Source: a virus
Length of the DNA: 64,000 bases
IMG/VR virus record: IMGVR_UViG_3300015360_000042
Coordinates: 2,426 to 66,425 of that record
Strand: one strand, 5' to 3'
Under the pieces are notes generated by a model that did not search any database, was not told where the DNA came from, and saw nothing but the letters and a program-made list of their open reading frames with translations. The position numbers and the translations under genes were made by a program. Shown here one piece after another: positions 26,984 through 36,845 of this stretch (position 1 is the stretch's first letter; every line of letters begins with the position of its first letter).

Positions 26984-29900
26984 ATGGCTATTGCAGGTTT
27001 ATTTACGTCCGTCGGTATCTCAAAATGTATTGATGCCCAAAATAATCAAGGTTTTAAAATACACCCATTATCTTTTGGTGTGAGTAGAGACTACAGTTTG
27101 TTTTCTAATGCATTGGTAGCTCCGAACGCTGGCCAATGGTTTACTGATACCATCTCAGCAAGAGTAGTTGTGGACTTAAACACAGTTAAAGTTGTTTGTA
27201 CCGTGCCTCCAGGATCTTCACTGCTTGCCGATAATATTAAAGAAGTTTACTTATATGCAAAAGATAGTTTGAATGTTGATTTTTTATTAGCATTTGGGCA
27301 ATCCTCAGAAATTATTCGATACGATCCGACTGGAACAATTACTTTAGAACTACAATTGTCACTTGCCGATGTTGATCTAAGCTCAATTTTCGTTTTCAAT
27401 AATACTAAAGCAACCGAATTAGCAGAGCACATTATTGATGTAAATGCTCATCCTGAAATTTCAGAGACATTATCTAAACACGGTATCTTTTTACCGTTGG
27501 GCGCTTATCCATTCGAGAGAACAGGTCAGCAAACTGAATTTCCAGTAAACTTCGATGGCACTAAAGCAACTTTCACACACGATAGCGTAATCTGGACGGC
27601 CACTTACAATGGTACTGAACTAAATACCGAAACAATTATTTTCAATGGTGCTAGAACAAACGATGTAGTTAGGGCCGATTTTAATGCATTAAATTATCCA
27701 AATACAGTAGAGCATAACGGTTCAGGTGTTGGGATTTCAGCGGCGTCTACAAAAACATTGGCAGGTGGAACATATATCGTTCAAGATAAAGACATCGTCT
27801 ATAAAGACGTTGATGGCACATACAAGCGTGCGCTTGCTGACGGTACAATTAAATCTCGCGTGGCGGGTATTGCTAGGATTGTCACTAAGTCAGTTTTGAC
27901 TAGAGGTGTAGTAGATATTAATACAGGTTTCGCAATTAGTGCTCCGGTTTACTTATCTGGTAGCGCACCAGGTGCATTAGTCTCTTTCGATACAAACATA
28001 AATCTTGGTTTATGTTTAGGTAATTTTGTTTTATTTACTGGTTTCGGTGGCGATATTACCGCAAATGTTACACAAGATTTTGATGCGGTCGTTTCAGATG
28101 TACCAGGCCTTGGGCAGTACGCTAGAACACAAGACGCTATCAACGTTGTACCAACAGACGGTAGAATTTTAATTAACAAATTAGAACTAGTAAAAGAAAC
28201 TATCGATACACTAAGTAAAAATCTATCAATCGTTGTCGGCGGGTCCAACAAAGGTTGGAAGAAATTTGCTGGTGTTAGCACACAGTTTAAAATAAACTTC
28301 GCGGCCGTTCCAACTCAAGGTTCATGGCGAATAGAATGGGAATCACAAGAAACGACTGATCTTGCTTTCAATGCGTCCGCAGGAACGATTCAAACAGCGT
28401 TTAACTTATTTAGCGGTCATAATGGTGTAACGATTACTGGAAATTATACAATTGGTTTCACTGTTGCATTCAATGATTTGGATACCTACACGCTACCAAC
28501 ATTTAACTTTACAGGGTTAAACGAAGTTCAAAGATTTAATTTTTCAAATATTCCAGACAACGGGACAATTACCTTTCAAAAAGATGCGAGCAATACTTTA
28601 AACTTTCCATGGGATGATGACGCCTCAGATTTAAAAATTGCGTTAGAGGCGTTACCAACTATTTCAAATATCGCTGTGACAGGATCTTTTGGTGCTGGTT
28701 TTTTCCAAATTGAGTTTCAAGGTGGATGGCTTCAAGATGGGCTAAAAGATCAATCTCTAATTTCTGTTTTTCAAACCGCTTTATCTTTAGGTGCGTCTGT
28801 AACAAATGTAAACGGTACAACAATCATTCCGATTAATGCGCTAGTTATTCAACAAGGTAAAGCGAAAGCATCGAACTTGTTTAACGGAACTACGCCAATC
28901 GCTATATCGACGCTATTCTTACAAGAAGGTCTTCCAGTAGGCGAACAAAGATTAATGAACGTAACTTCATCAAAATTATCTATTAGCGGTATGGGTAAAA
29001 TTGAAGATTTCGAAGAAGGTATCGTACTAGGAAATACCTCAACTAAAATTGTATTTTCAGGTTATTTTGTAAATACAAATAAAAAAATATTAACTAATAG
29101 TAAATTGGCCGGTGTTGATTATTTAATTGAAGTACCAGAGTTTGCAAGAGATGTAATTTCGCAATTTAAAATTTCCGAACATCCTACACTTAAAAAAAGA
29201 ATTATTATTTCATCGGGTAAACAATTTTTACCTAACGGCATCACTTTAAATAATCAAGTTCAAAATTCGTTAGTAGATTTTGCTGGTGCTCAAATTGATT
29301 TTAGTACGGGTGTTATCTATGAAGCAGACGGTGTAACATCTCTGGGTTCATCGTTTACTCCAGCTGTAATCACTGCAGATCAATTCAGATGGGTATCAAT
29401 TAACTTATTTCCGTTAAGCACTAACGCCGATAAATCAATAAAACTAGGTCTTAATGTTGTGTATGCTACTGTTGATGGTTCAACTCCAACACTCGCGGAG
29501 AAAGCAACATTTGGAGATATCCCAATTGGTTGTATTTGTATTAAGGGTGCACTAGGTAAAAAAGAAAAAACAAAAATCAGAACAGTAAAAGATACGAACG
29601 ATTCTTTGAAAGGTAAGACGTTAAAAGTTTATCATCCGTCTGAATCAGTAGCTTTTTGGTTCAGCGATCCCTCACTTGATAATTTTACAACAACACATAC
29701 AACAGCGGTTGTAGGTACTAACGCTGACACACTAAATACTACAGACAAAAAAATTGTAGCGTTTAAAATGGTAATTGGTTCGACTAAAATTGTTGACCAC
29801 GTAGCTTTATATTTAAAGAAGCAAGGGCTACCTACTGGAACCATGAGTGTTCGAATTTTAAATAATAATTCAGGTCAACCAGATACGGCTTCAGTAGTTG

Positions 29901-32900
29901 TAAATGGAGTTGGAACAATTAATTTAACTTCAATACCTGCAAATTTTTCATCATACGTTTTATTTCCTATGGCATCACAACAAACACTTGTTGCAGGTAC
30001 TTATTGGGTAGAACTAGATGCTTCTGGTTACACATACAGTGCCGGTAATTTTTTAGATTTTAATTCTCAAGCATCGGCGGCGGGTGAAATATTTAACAGA
30101 AGTGGTGCGCCTTGGCTTACTGATTACGGAAATAGACAAGGCCACGCGCTATTTATTGATAAAATTAAAGGTTACCCAGCGCTTGCCTTAACAACTACTA
30201 GAGAAGTTGAAATCACTTCCTTAGTCACTAATGATTTTCATACTGTTGTAGCAACTAAATTAAATACTTTTATCGACGCAGACGTTCGTTTTGTAAGTAC
30301 AGTAGCAACTAACGTGGTTGAAGTTGAAAATACTACATTAGGAAACGTTTCACACATCGATGTCGGTGATACTGGATTTTTTACAACATTAATTGTCGAT
30401 GGTACTGATACAGATGTAACGGGATTGGAAGATATCACAAATGATTTTGTACAACAATTATCTGGTGGCATTGGTGGTTCTGGTGCTTACACCGTTTATG
30501 GTACAATCGCTCTGCCAGTAGTTGTAGTGCCGGCCACAGGTGTCGTGTCTACTCGCGCACAAAGACAAATGCACATTATTAAATCAAACGGCGGTGCAGT
30601 AAACATTTCAGCAAATCCAAAAATTAATGCTGGTTCAAAAATTGGGCAAGAATTATTATTAGTCGGTGGTTCTGACACAGATTTTATATTATTAACAGAT
30701 GGTAATGGTGTAAAATTAAATGGGACTAAAAAATTAAAATTAAACCAAACCGTTCTATTAGTTTGGGATGGTACGAATTGGGTTAATGGCGATCAAGCCG
30801 ATGCCGCTGGTTCATCTGGTGGTGTTGATTTATTGGATCTAGATTATAAAGCAATTATTATTGATGACTTCAAAGATATATCGGATGCAAATGGTACAAT
30901 TGATATCTCAGCAAATAAGACCAATGCAACAATTTTTGACGGAACAAACGGTTTATACAAATTAAGCTACGACGCATCTAAAACAATAACTGGTACAGGA
31001 TTAAACATGGTGCTTTCTTCTGCGCCATCATTCACTATTAAAAAAGGTGATGTATTAATAATTGGTGAGGAAGTAAAAGAAATTGATATAGTAACGAGTC
31101 AATTAATTTTTTCAATCTTATCAGCGTTCACTACAAATCCAACTGCGTTAGCATGTACTGTATCGCAAGCTGTTCATACTAAAGATTTAAACGATGTTAA
31201 CGATGGTGGTTCTGGTTTAAAATTTAGTCAGATATTTAGTACAACTATTGATAAATTACTAGTTATGTACGCCGACACATTAACATTAAATGACTCGATA
31301 CCAGACTTGGGCGTTAGAAATATAGGCTACTCTGTTGCGTCTGTTGCAAGCACTTGGTTAAACAAAAGAACGCAATCACAAATAAATGACACACAATACA
31401 GTGTTAGTCCGTTAACAAACACATCAAGTATATTTGTACTATTTTTCGCTAATAAAACATCCGGTACAGGAACAGTTAATTTACTAGATATGACTGTGGC
31501 CTTTCACAGAAGAGAGTCATCTGTTTTAATACCCACACAATCGGTGGCATACACTAGAAACTCTTTTTCACAAAATTGTGTACATACACTATTTGGCGGA
31601 AAAAGCAGACTAGCGTTAAACTTTGCGATACCGATGGGCGACAACGCAAAACCAAACGGTCAACCTGTAGTGGTTCATATAGACGGTAAAAAAATACCTT
31701 TGCGTGTCGTTGGTTTAACAGATGATACGCAAGCGTATTTCACATTTATAAACGCATCTTTAATTGAATTGGATATTGATTATACAAACAGCGGTTTAGA
31801 AATAATGGTAGAAGTTGTTCAATCTATTGTTGATCAATCCACAACAAATACAGGAAGAATTTTAGAATTAGAAAATTATCATAAAGAGATAAAAGACCTA
31901 GATCGAGTTGTTGAGGTAATGATGGCCGTGCCTTACACGAATATTGTAAATCGCGCTCAAGTGCGAAATCCAAAATTAGATTTAGGCACTAAGTTTGGAT
32001 TGAATAGATTTCAATTCACAAGTATTTTTAACATATCAAACGAATTAGGCCCTGTAGGTCAAGAAGTTTTTGGCGTAATGGGAGATCAAGTAAACGATGT
32101 GAGATTTGTTGGCCAGTGGAGTTCTGATATTGTTGATCTTCATTTAAACAATGGGCCAGAATACCCAGCGGTCAGTAATGCAGGTGTAGGCTATATTGAA
32201 ATTTTCTTTTATGGAAAAGGTTTAGTATTACTATTGCCTAATCTAATAGCATCTGGTGGAAATAATAATACTGATTTAAGAGTTTCGATTGATGGCGGAA
32301 GTGAGGGCGCGGATGTTACTCCTACCGCTGTTTTTTCTGAGAATCGTAATTACAGACAAAATATACCGCTAGTCGTAGCCTCTGGATTGGCAATGGATTT
32401 TCACACCGTAAGAATTAGAAAAGCCACAACAGGTACAGCAACAGAATTTGGAGTACTGGGTTATACAGTAATCGGCCCAAACACTATGCAAGTTGATCAG
32501 GGCACATATTTTTCTAATGGGAAAGTTTACACATTAAATTCTTTGGCCACATTAAACTTCAAAACAATTTTTGAAACAGGTGCAATCGGCACGAAAGGTG
32601 GAAGAGTACTTGTTTATCTAAAACCAGATGGGACAATTGGAAAAGCAATCACACCTACGGATGTAAATGTTTTATCATTTACGAGCACGGATCACGCAAA
32701 CGAAGAAATAGTTGATGAGTTATATTATAATTCTTTTGCATCGGGAAGAACCGACGATTTGGCCAGTGAGCTTGGTGCAGTATCAAATAAGCATTTTACT
32801 AAATCAGATGGATTGACTGCAATGTACGGTCTTAATTTGGAGGTGTATCACTTAAACACTTCCACATCTAGCGAGTCTTATGGTGTCGCTACTGGTGCGT

Positions 32901-34198
32901 CTACTCAACCAGTGCATTTTACTTTTAAAGGTACTGGGTTTGATTTAAAGATTGTTGATAACACTACAAACGCATCACACGATACACTAAATAAACGAGT
33001 ACACATTTATGTAGACGATGTTTTATTAGGCCAAACACAAAACACTTCTTTACAAATCGGCGGTATTCGAATTGAAAAAATTGTATCTGGATTAAAATAT
33101 GGCACGCACACAGTTAGAATGGTGCCACTCACTACTCAAATTACATGGTCTTGGGTTTTTATAAGCGCATTAATTTACGCACCTAAAAAACCTTCTATCG
33201 CATCAAACTTTCTAGCATTAGACGAGTATTGTATATTAGGTGATTTTTTAGCAAACACTACCGAAGGCGCAATGAAAATTTCAGAGGGTGTATTGAGAAG
33301 ACATTCGTCACGCGATTTTTTATACGCTCAAGGTACAACTGGTTCTGTTGATTGGCTAATCAACATGACATCAGCATTACGATGTAATGGTGCATACATT
33401 GAAACAGATAGATTAAACGCTTATTTAGAAACGCTTTTTCACGGTGTTGGTTTTGATTTTAGATTTGGTAATATTGCATCCGCTATGACGCTAACATTTA
33501 CAGTAAATAATTTAGCGTTGAATGTTACAAATTTCCCAAGTTTAGCATCTTCAATATATGCGACCAATGGATCGTTCAATACATCAACTGGCGTATTAAC
33601 TTTTTCTGCGGGGTCATCCGGCGAGAGTAAGGGTTTAGTGATTACCGGACTACCTTTAGACTCGTATAAAATACGAGTGCAATCAAACACTGCTTCGGCT
33701 CTATGGCAGTTTGAAGCATTAGATGTAATTTCTTCAATAGATTTTACATCTTATAGTAAGATCATTAATCAAAACGAAGCGGCATTAGGAAATAGGCCAA
33801 TTAATCAATTAAGAAAATTTACAAATGATTATAAAGTAATTAGAAGATTTTATGAGGCACGCGGTTCGTCCGGTACATGGTCAACAACAGTAACAGCGCC
33901 AATTCAAGTTAAAGAAATGAATATCATGGTTGAATCAGAAGGTGAATGGTTTGATATTCAATTTAAGGGTAGAGTTTCTTGGAGTGCAAGTGCCGCATTT
34001 GGTATTTATGTAAACAATAAGCGCGTTCATTATTTAGATGGTGGCAATGCCGCGAATACAGAACAAAGTTTGTCTTTATTCAAAGAAGTTTTTCTATCAA
34101 AAGGAAAACATCTTATTGAAGTTAAATCCTCTGTTGGATCTGGTACGCTTATATTTTACACAAGCTCAAGAATGTTAACAGCTAAGAATAGGATATAA
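26984..34198 (+). CDS. Giant tail fibre / receptor-binding protein (2404 aa)
   Basis: N-terminal baseplate-attachment-like region ('FTSVG...IKEVYLY...EHIIDVNAHP') followed by modular beta-rich domains. The C-terminal about 750 aa is paralogous to the next two genes. Confidence 0.8.
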   Translation: MAIAGLFTSVGISKCIDAQNNQGFKIHPLSFGVSRDYSLFSNALVAPNAGQWFTDTISARVVVDLNTVKVVCTVPPGSSLLADNIKEVYLYAKDSLNVDFLLAFGQSSEIIRYDPTGTITLELQLSLADVDLSSIFVFNNTKATELAEHIIDVNAHPEISETLSKHGIFLPLGAYPFERTGQQTEFPVNFDGTKATFTHDSVIWTATYNGTELNTETIIFNGARTNDVVRADFNALNYPNTVEHNGSGVGISAASTKTLAGGTYIVQDKDIVYKDVDGTYKRALADGTIKSRVAGIARIVTKSVLTRGVVDINTGFAISAPVYLSGSAPGALVSFDTNINLGLCLGNFVLFTGFGGDITANVTQDFDAVVSDVPGLGQYARTQDAINVVPTDGRILINKLELVKETIDTLSKNLSIVVGGSNKGWKKFAGVSTQFKINFAAVPTQGSWRIEWESQETTDLAFNASAGTIQTAFNLFSGHNGVTITGNYTIGFTVAFNDLDTYTLPTFNFTGLNEVQRFNFSNIPDNGTITFQKDASNTLNFPWDDDASDLKIALEALPTISNIAVTGSFGAGFFQIEFQGGWLQDGLKDQSLISVFQTALSLGASVTNVNGTTIIPINALVIQQGKAKASNLFNGTTPIAISTLFLQEGLPVGEQRLMNVTSSKLSISGMGKIEDFEEGIVLGNTSTKIVFSGYFVNTNKKILTNSKLAGVDYLIEVPEFARDVISQFKISEHPTLKKRIIISSGKQFLPNGITLNNQVQNSLVDFAGAQIDFSTGVIYEADGVTSLGSSFTPAVITADQFRWVSINLFPLSTNADKSIKLGLNVVYATVDGSTPTLAEKATFGDIPIGCICIKGALGKKEKTKIRTVKDTNDSLKGKTLKVYHPSESVAFWFSDPSLDNFTTTHTTAVVGTNADTLNTTDKKIVAFKMVIGSTKIVDHVALYLKKQGLPTGTMSVRILNNNSGQPDTASVVVNGVGTINLTSIPANFSSYVLFPMASQQTLVAGTYWVELDASGYTYSAGNFLDFNSQASAAGEIFNRSGAPWLTDYGNRQGHALFIDKIKGYPALALTTTREVEITSLVTNDFHTVVATKLNTFIDADVRFVSTVATNVVEVENTTLGNVSHIDVGDTGFFTTLIVDGTDTDVTGLEDITNDFVQQLSGGIGGSGAYTVYGTIALPVVVVPATGVVSTRAQRQMHIIKSNGGAVNISANPKINAGSKIGQELLLVGGSDTDFILLTDGNGVKLNGTKKLKLNQTVLLVWDGTNWVNGDQADAAGSSGGVDLLDLDYKAIIIDDFKDISDANGTIDISANKTNATIFDGTNGLYKLSYDASKTITGTGLNMVLSSAPSFTIKKGDVLIIGEEVKEIDIVTSQLIFSILSAFTTNPTALACTVSQAVHTKDLNDVNDGGSGLKFSQIFSTTIDKLLVMYADTLTLNDSIPDLGVRNIGYSVASVASTWLNKRTQSQINDTQYSVSPLTNTSSIFVLFFANKTSGTGTVNLLDMTVAFHRRESSVLIPTQSVAYTRNSFSQNCVHTLFGGKSRLALNFAIPMGDNAKPNGQPVVVHIDGKKIPLRVVGLTDDTQAYFTFINASLIELDIDYTNSGLEIMVEVVQSIVDQSTTNTGRILELENYHKEIKDLDRVVEVMMAVPYTNIVNRAQVRNPKLDLGTKFGLNRFQFTSIFNISNELGPVGQEVFGVMGDQVNDVRFVGQWSSDIVDLHLNNGPEYPAVSNAGVGYIEIFFYGKGLVLLLPNLIASGGNNNTDLRVSIDGGSEGADVTPTAVFSENRNYRQNIPLVVASGLAMDFHTVRIRKATTGTATEFGVLGYTVIGPNTMQVDQGTYFSNGKVYTLNSLATLNFKTIFETGAIGTKGGRVLVYLKPDGTIGKAITPTDVNVLSFTSTDHANEEIVDELYYNSFASGRTDDLASELGAVSNKHFTKSDGLTAMYGLNLEVYHLNTSTSSESYGVATGASTQPVHFTFKGTGFDLKIVDNTTNASHDTLNKRVHIYVDDVLLGQTQNTSLQIGGIRIEKIVSGLKYGTHTVRMVPLTTQITWSWVFISALIYAPKKPSIASNFLALDEYCILGDFLANTTEGAMKISEGVLRRHSSRDFLYAQGTTGSVDWLINMTSALRCNGAYIETDRLNAYLETLFHGVGFDFRFGNIASAMTLTFTVNNLALNVTNFPSLASSIYATNGSFNTSTGVLTFSAGSSGESKGLVITGLPLDSYKIRVQSNTASALWQFEALDVISSIDFTSYSKIINQNEAALGNRPINQLRKFTNDYKVIRRFYEARGSSGTWSTTVTAPIQVKEMNIMVESEGEWFDIQFKGRVSWSASAAFGIYVNNKRVHYLDGGNAANTEQSLSLFKEVFLSKGKHLIEVKSSVGSGTLIFYTSSRMLTAKNRI

Positions 34199-34217
34199 AA
34201 TTTTAAAAAACACAAAC

Positions 34218-34245
34218 TTGATATAAGGATTTTTTATGTTAAAAT
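34218..34245 (+). promoter_or_regulatory. Sigma70-like promoter
   Basis: TTGATA-16 bp-TAAAAT with a TG extension. Confidence 0.5.
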
Positions 34246-34276
34246 TTATTATCTTTAAAAAATCCAAAGGCAACAA

Positions 34277-36844
34277 ATGGTAGCAAGCAGAAAAGCATCG
34301 TCTAAAGGTTTTATCGTAACACCTACGGATTCAGATGCCAGAAATTTTGGTAATCCAGTATCTAAAAAAGTGCAGTTAGCTGACGCAATAGATGGTCAAG
34401 TAGTAATTAACCTACCGTTTTCAATTGGCCAAGACGTAGAGCAGAAAAAACAATTCGAATTGGTTATTGATGGAAAGGAGTACCCTGAAAGTGAGTATTC
34501 GTTTAGCGGTATATCGAATAACTTTTCATCCACTGTTTTATTAAATCAACCTTTAAGTATTGGTCAATCTATTGTTGTTAAAGCGCTGGGGTACTACTTT
34601 GACAAATTTAACACTGCGTCTCAAGTAAACGCAAAATTAATTACTGATATAAACGAACCACATTTAATGGCGTTATCAGGAGCAAATTCCTTTATTAAAA
34701 AGAATTTTATAAACGCCGTGTTTACACAAATTTTAAACAGAGCAAAAGTTTTAGACGATACAACAAATTTAAAATCTTTATCAGGTGTTGAAACTATAAA
34801 AGTTAGATCACTCAACAGATTAACTAAAGAAGTAGGGCCTATAGGTGAAATCGTTTACGATATAAGTAATAAAGATTCACGTGTAAGACTCGTTGGATCT
34901 GGTTGGATTCAACCATCGGACACTAACGGCAACAGAGCAAAAACTATTATTGTAAACAACTTTTCAGAAATTACATTTTACGGAACAGGTTTGTCCATTC
35001 AAGGGCCTTATACGAATAGCTCTTGCGATATACGAGCAACGACCGACAATGGTGTCGAAGGTGCAAATTTAATTCCTACGTCTCTAAGCGCAGTACTAGG
35101 TGCTAGAAACTATGAACCGAATATAATACTGCCCGTAGTAACTGGTTTAGCTCTTAATTGGCACACTGTAAAAATTAGAAACAACGCGGTAGCAGGCTTT
35201 GATATTGCGGCATTTAGAATTTTAAATGCAAGAACGGATTTAGCTATTTTAAGTGGTGAGGCTTTTTACGGTGCGAAAAAAGAAACACTAAACGGTTTAT
35301 CCACTACAGCTTATAATGCAAGTGTGGCAGGCGTTCGTGGTGCTAGAGTTGTAAAATATTTAAAAGATACAATTATTTCTCAATCAGTAACTGAAACAGA
35401 GAGTGCCAGTGCTTTTTTAATTAATACCGATCATACAAACGAAGAAGAATATAGAAGAGTAAATTTTAGAGAGTTTGGGAGTCAAAGAGGTGACGACTTT
35501 AGTGCGCTTGGTGCAGGTTCAACAACACGCGTGTTTACATTAGAAGATAACTTAACAACTTTATTTGGTGTATCAATAGACTCATCCTCTAATGCTGTTA
35601 GGCTTGTAGATGATAGCACGGGTATGCTATCAATTACGTTTTATGGCACGGGTTTAGATATGCTTTGGTTCACTGACAATGTCAGTACAAATACAAATGC
35701 TAATGCGTACACGGTAACGGTAGATGGCACTTTGGTTGGTAACTTACCTCAAGCATCGGTGGCCTCTGAATTATTTTTACCAACGACTAGAAGACTTTGC
35801 TCCGGTTTACCTCTAGGCACACATGTTGTTAAGATATCTAGAAATGTTGCAGATTCTTGGACTCTGCATATTTCAGACTTTATTTTTTATCAACCTAAAA
35901 AACCTACGATCCCAGTTGGCGCAATTGAGGTAAACGATTATTGTGTTAACGCAAATTACATTGAATCAAGTCTACCAGACAGTGGATATATAGGTGTAGG
36001 TGTTTTACGAAGACAAGTATCTGCTAGCGAATCAATTTTTGTTGGCACATGGGCACAAAACGGACTAGATGCACTAAACAACGCTGGTAGTAGTGTTCGC
36101 TCAGTTACTGTAAGCGACTACACCGAGTATAGATTTTTTGGTACAGGATTTGAGTGGCGCTCTATCGTTCAAGCACTGGCCAATAATTGTACGATAGCCG
36201 TTGATGGTGTCTCAAATTTTACAGCATCTAATAGTCCATTTTGGTCTGGTTCTTTAGCTACTTCATTTTCTCAAGTCGGTACTGGTGCGGCGTGGTCGGC
36301 CACTACCGGAATTTTATCAGGTACAAACCCTCACGGTGCCGCTAATATTAAGATAAAAATAACTGGTCTAAATCTTGGATTTCACACTATTAGATTTACG
36401 CAGAATGGTGCGTCTGGTGGGCTTTATGTGGATTCCTTAGATGTTATTTGTCCGGTGCATTCTGTTTCAAAAACGTCTAAATCTTTTGATAGTATTTTAG
36501 ATACCCGAAATTTCTTACCATTTAAAAATGCAGATATTGATTTAAGTAAAGTAAAAGCTTGGGTTTCATACGATGGTGCCAATGAGCGAATACTCTCCTC
36601 TTCAAATATTGCGGGTGTTTTAAAGGTCGCTACCGGAGCATGGATAGTATTTTTTGAAAAGGGCTTCAAGAGCAAAGACTATGTAATGAGTGGGTCGTCC
36701 AATACACAAGGTTGGGGTTTCAACGGTCACTTAACTTATTTAAGAGCGCCTAGCATGACGTCTGTTTCAATAGTGGATACAGGTGGCACATTTCAAAATA
36801 CTCCATGGGATGCAACATTCTCTGGTGAGTTAGAAGAGGAATAA
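34277..36844 (+). CDS. Receptor-binding/fibre protein paralog 2
   Basis: Three F-x-GTG...GL-x2-G/W-H-x-V/I modules, and a C-terminal 'KAWVSYDG...FSGEL' domain. Confidence 0.72.
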   Translation: MVASRKASSKGFIVTPTDSDARNFGNPVSKKVQLADAIDGQVVINLPFSIGQDVEQKKQFELVIDGKEYPESEYSFSGISNNFSSTVLLNQPLSIGQSIVVKALGYYFDKFNTASQVNAKLITDINEPHLMALSGANSFIKKNFINAVFTQILNRAKVLDDTTNLKSLSGVETIKVRSLNRLTKEVGPIGEIVYDISNKDSRVRLVGSGWIQPSDTNGNRAKTIIVNNFSEITFYGTGLSIQGPYTNSSCDIRATTDNGVEGANLIPTSLSAVLGARNYEPNIILPVVTGLALNWHTVKIRNNAVAGFDIAAFRILNARTDLAILSGEAFYGAKKETLNGLSTTAYNASVAGVRGARVVKYLKDTIISQSVTETESASAFLINTDHTNEEEYRRVNFREFGSQRGDDFSALGAGSTTRVFTLEDNLTTLFGVSIDSSSNAVRLVDDSTGMLSITFYGTGLDMLWFTDNVSTNTNANAYTVTVDGTLVGNLPQASVASELFLPTTRRLCSGLPLGTHVVKISRNVADSWTLHISDFIFYQPKKPTIPVGAIEVNDYCVNANYIESSLPDSGYIGVGVLRRQVSASESIFVGTWAQNGLDALNNAGSSVRSVTVSDYTEYRFFGTGFEWRSIVQALANNCTIAVDGVSNFTASNSPFWSGSLATSFSQVGTGAAWSATTGILSGTNPHGAANIKIKITGLNLGFHTIRFTQNGASGGLYVDSLDVICPVHSVSKTSKSFDSILDTRNFLPFKNADIDLSKVKAWVSYDGANERILSSSNIAGVLKVATGAWIVFFEKGFKSKDYVMSGSSNTQGWGFNGHLTYLRAPSMTSVSIVDTGGTFQNTPWDATFSGELEEE

Positions 36845-36845
36845 T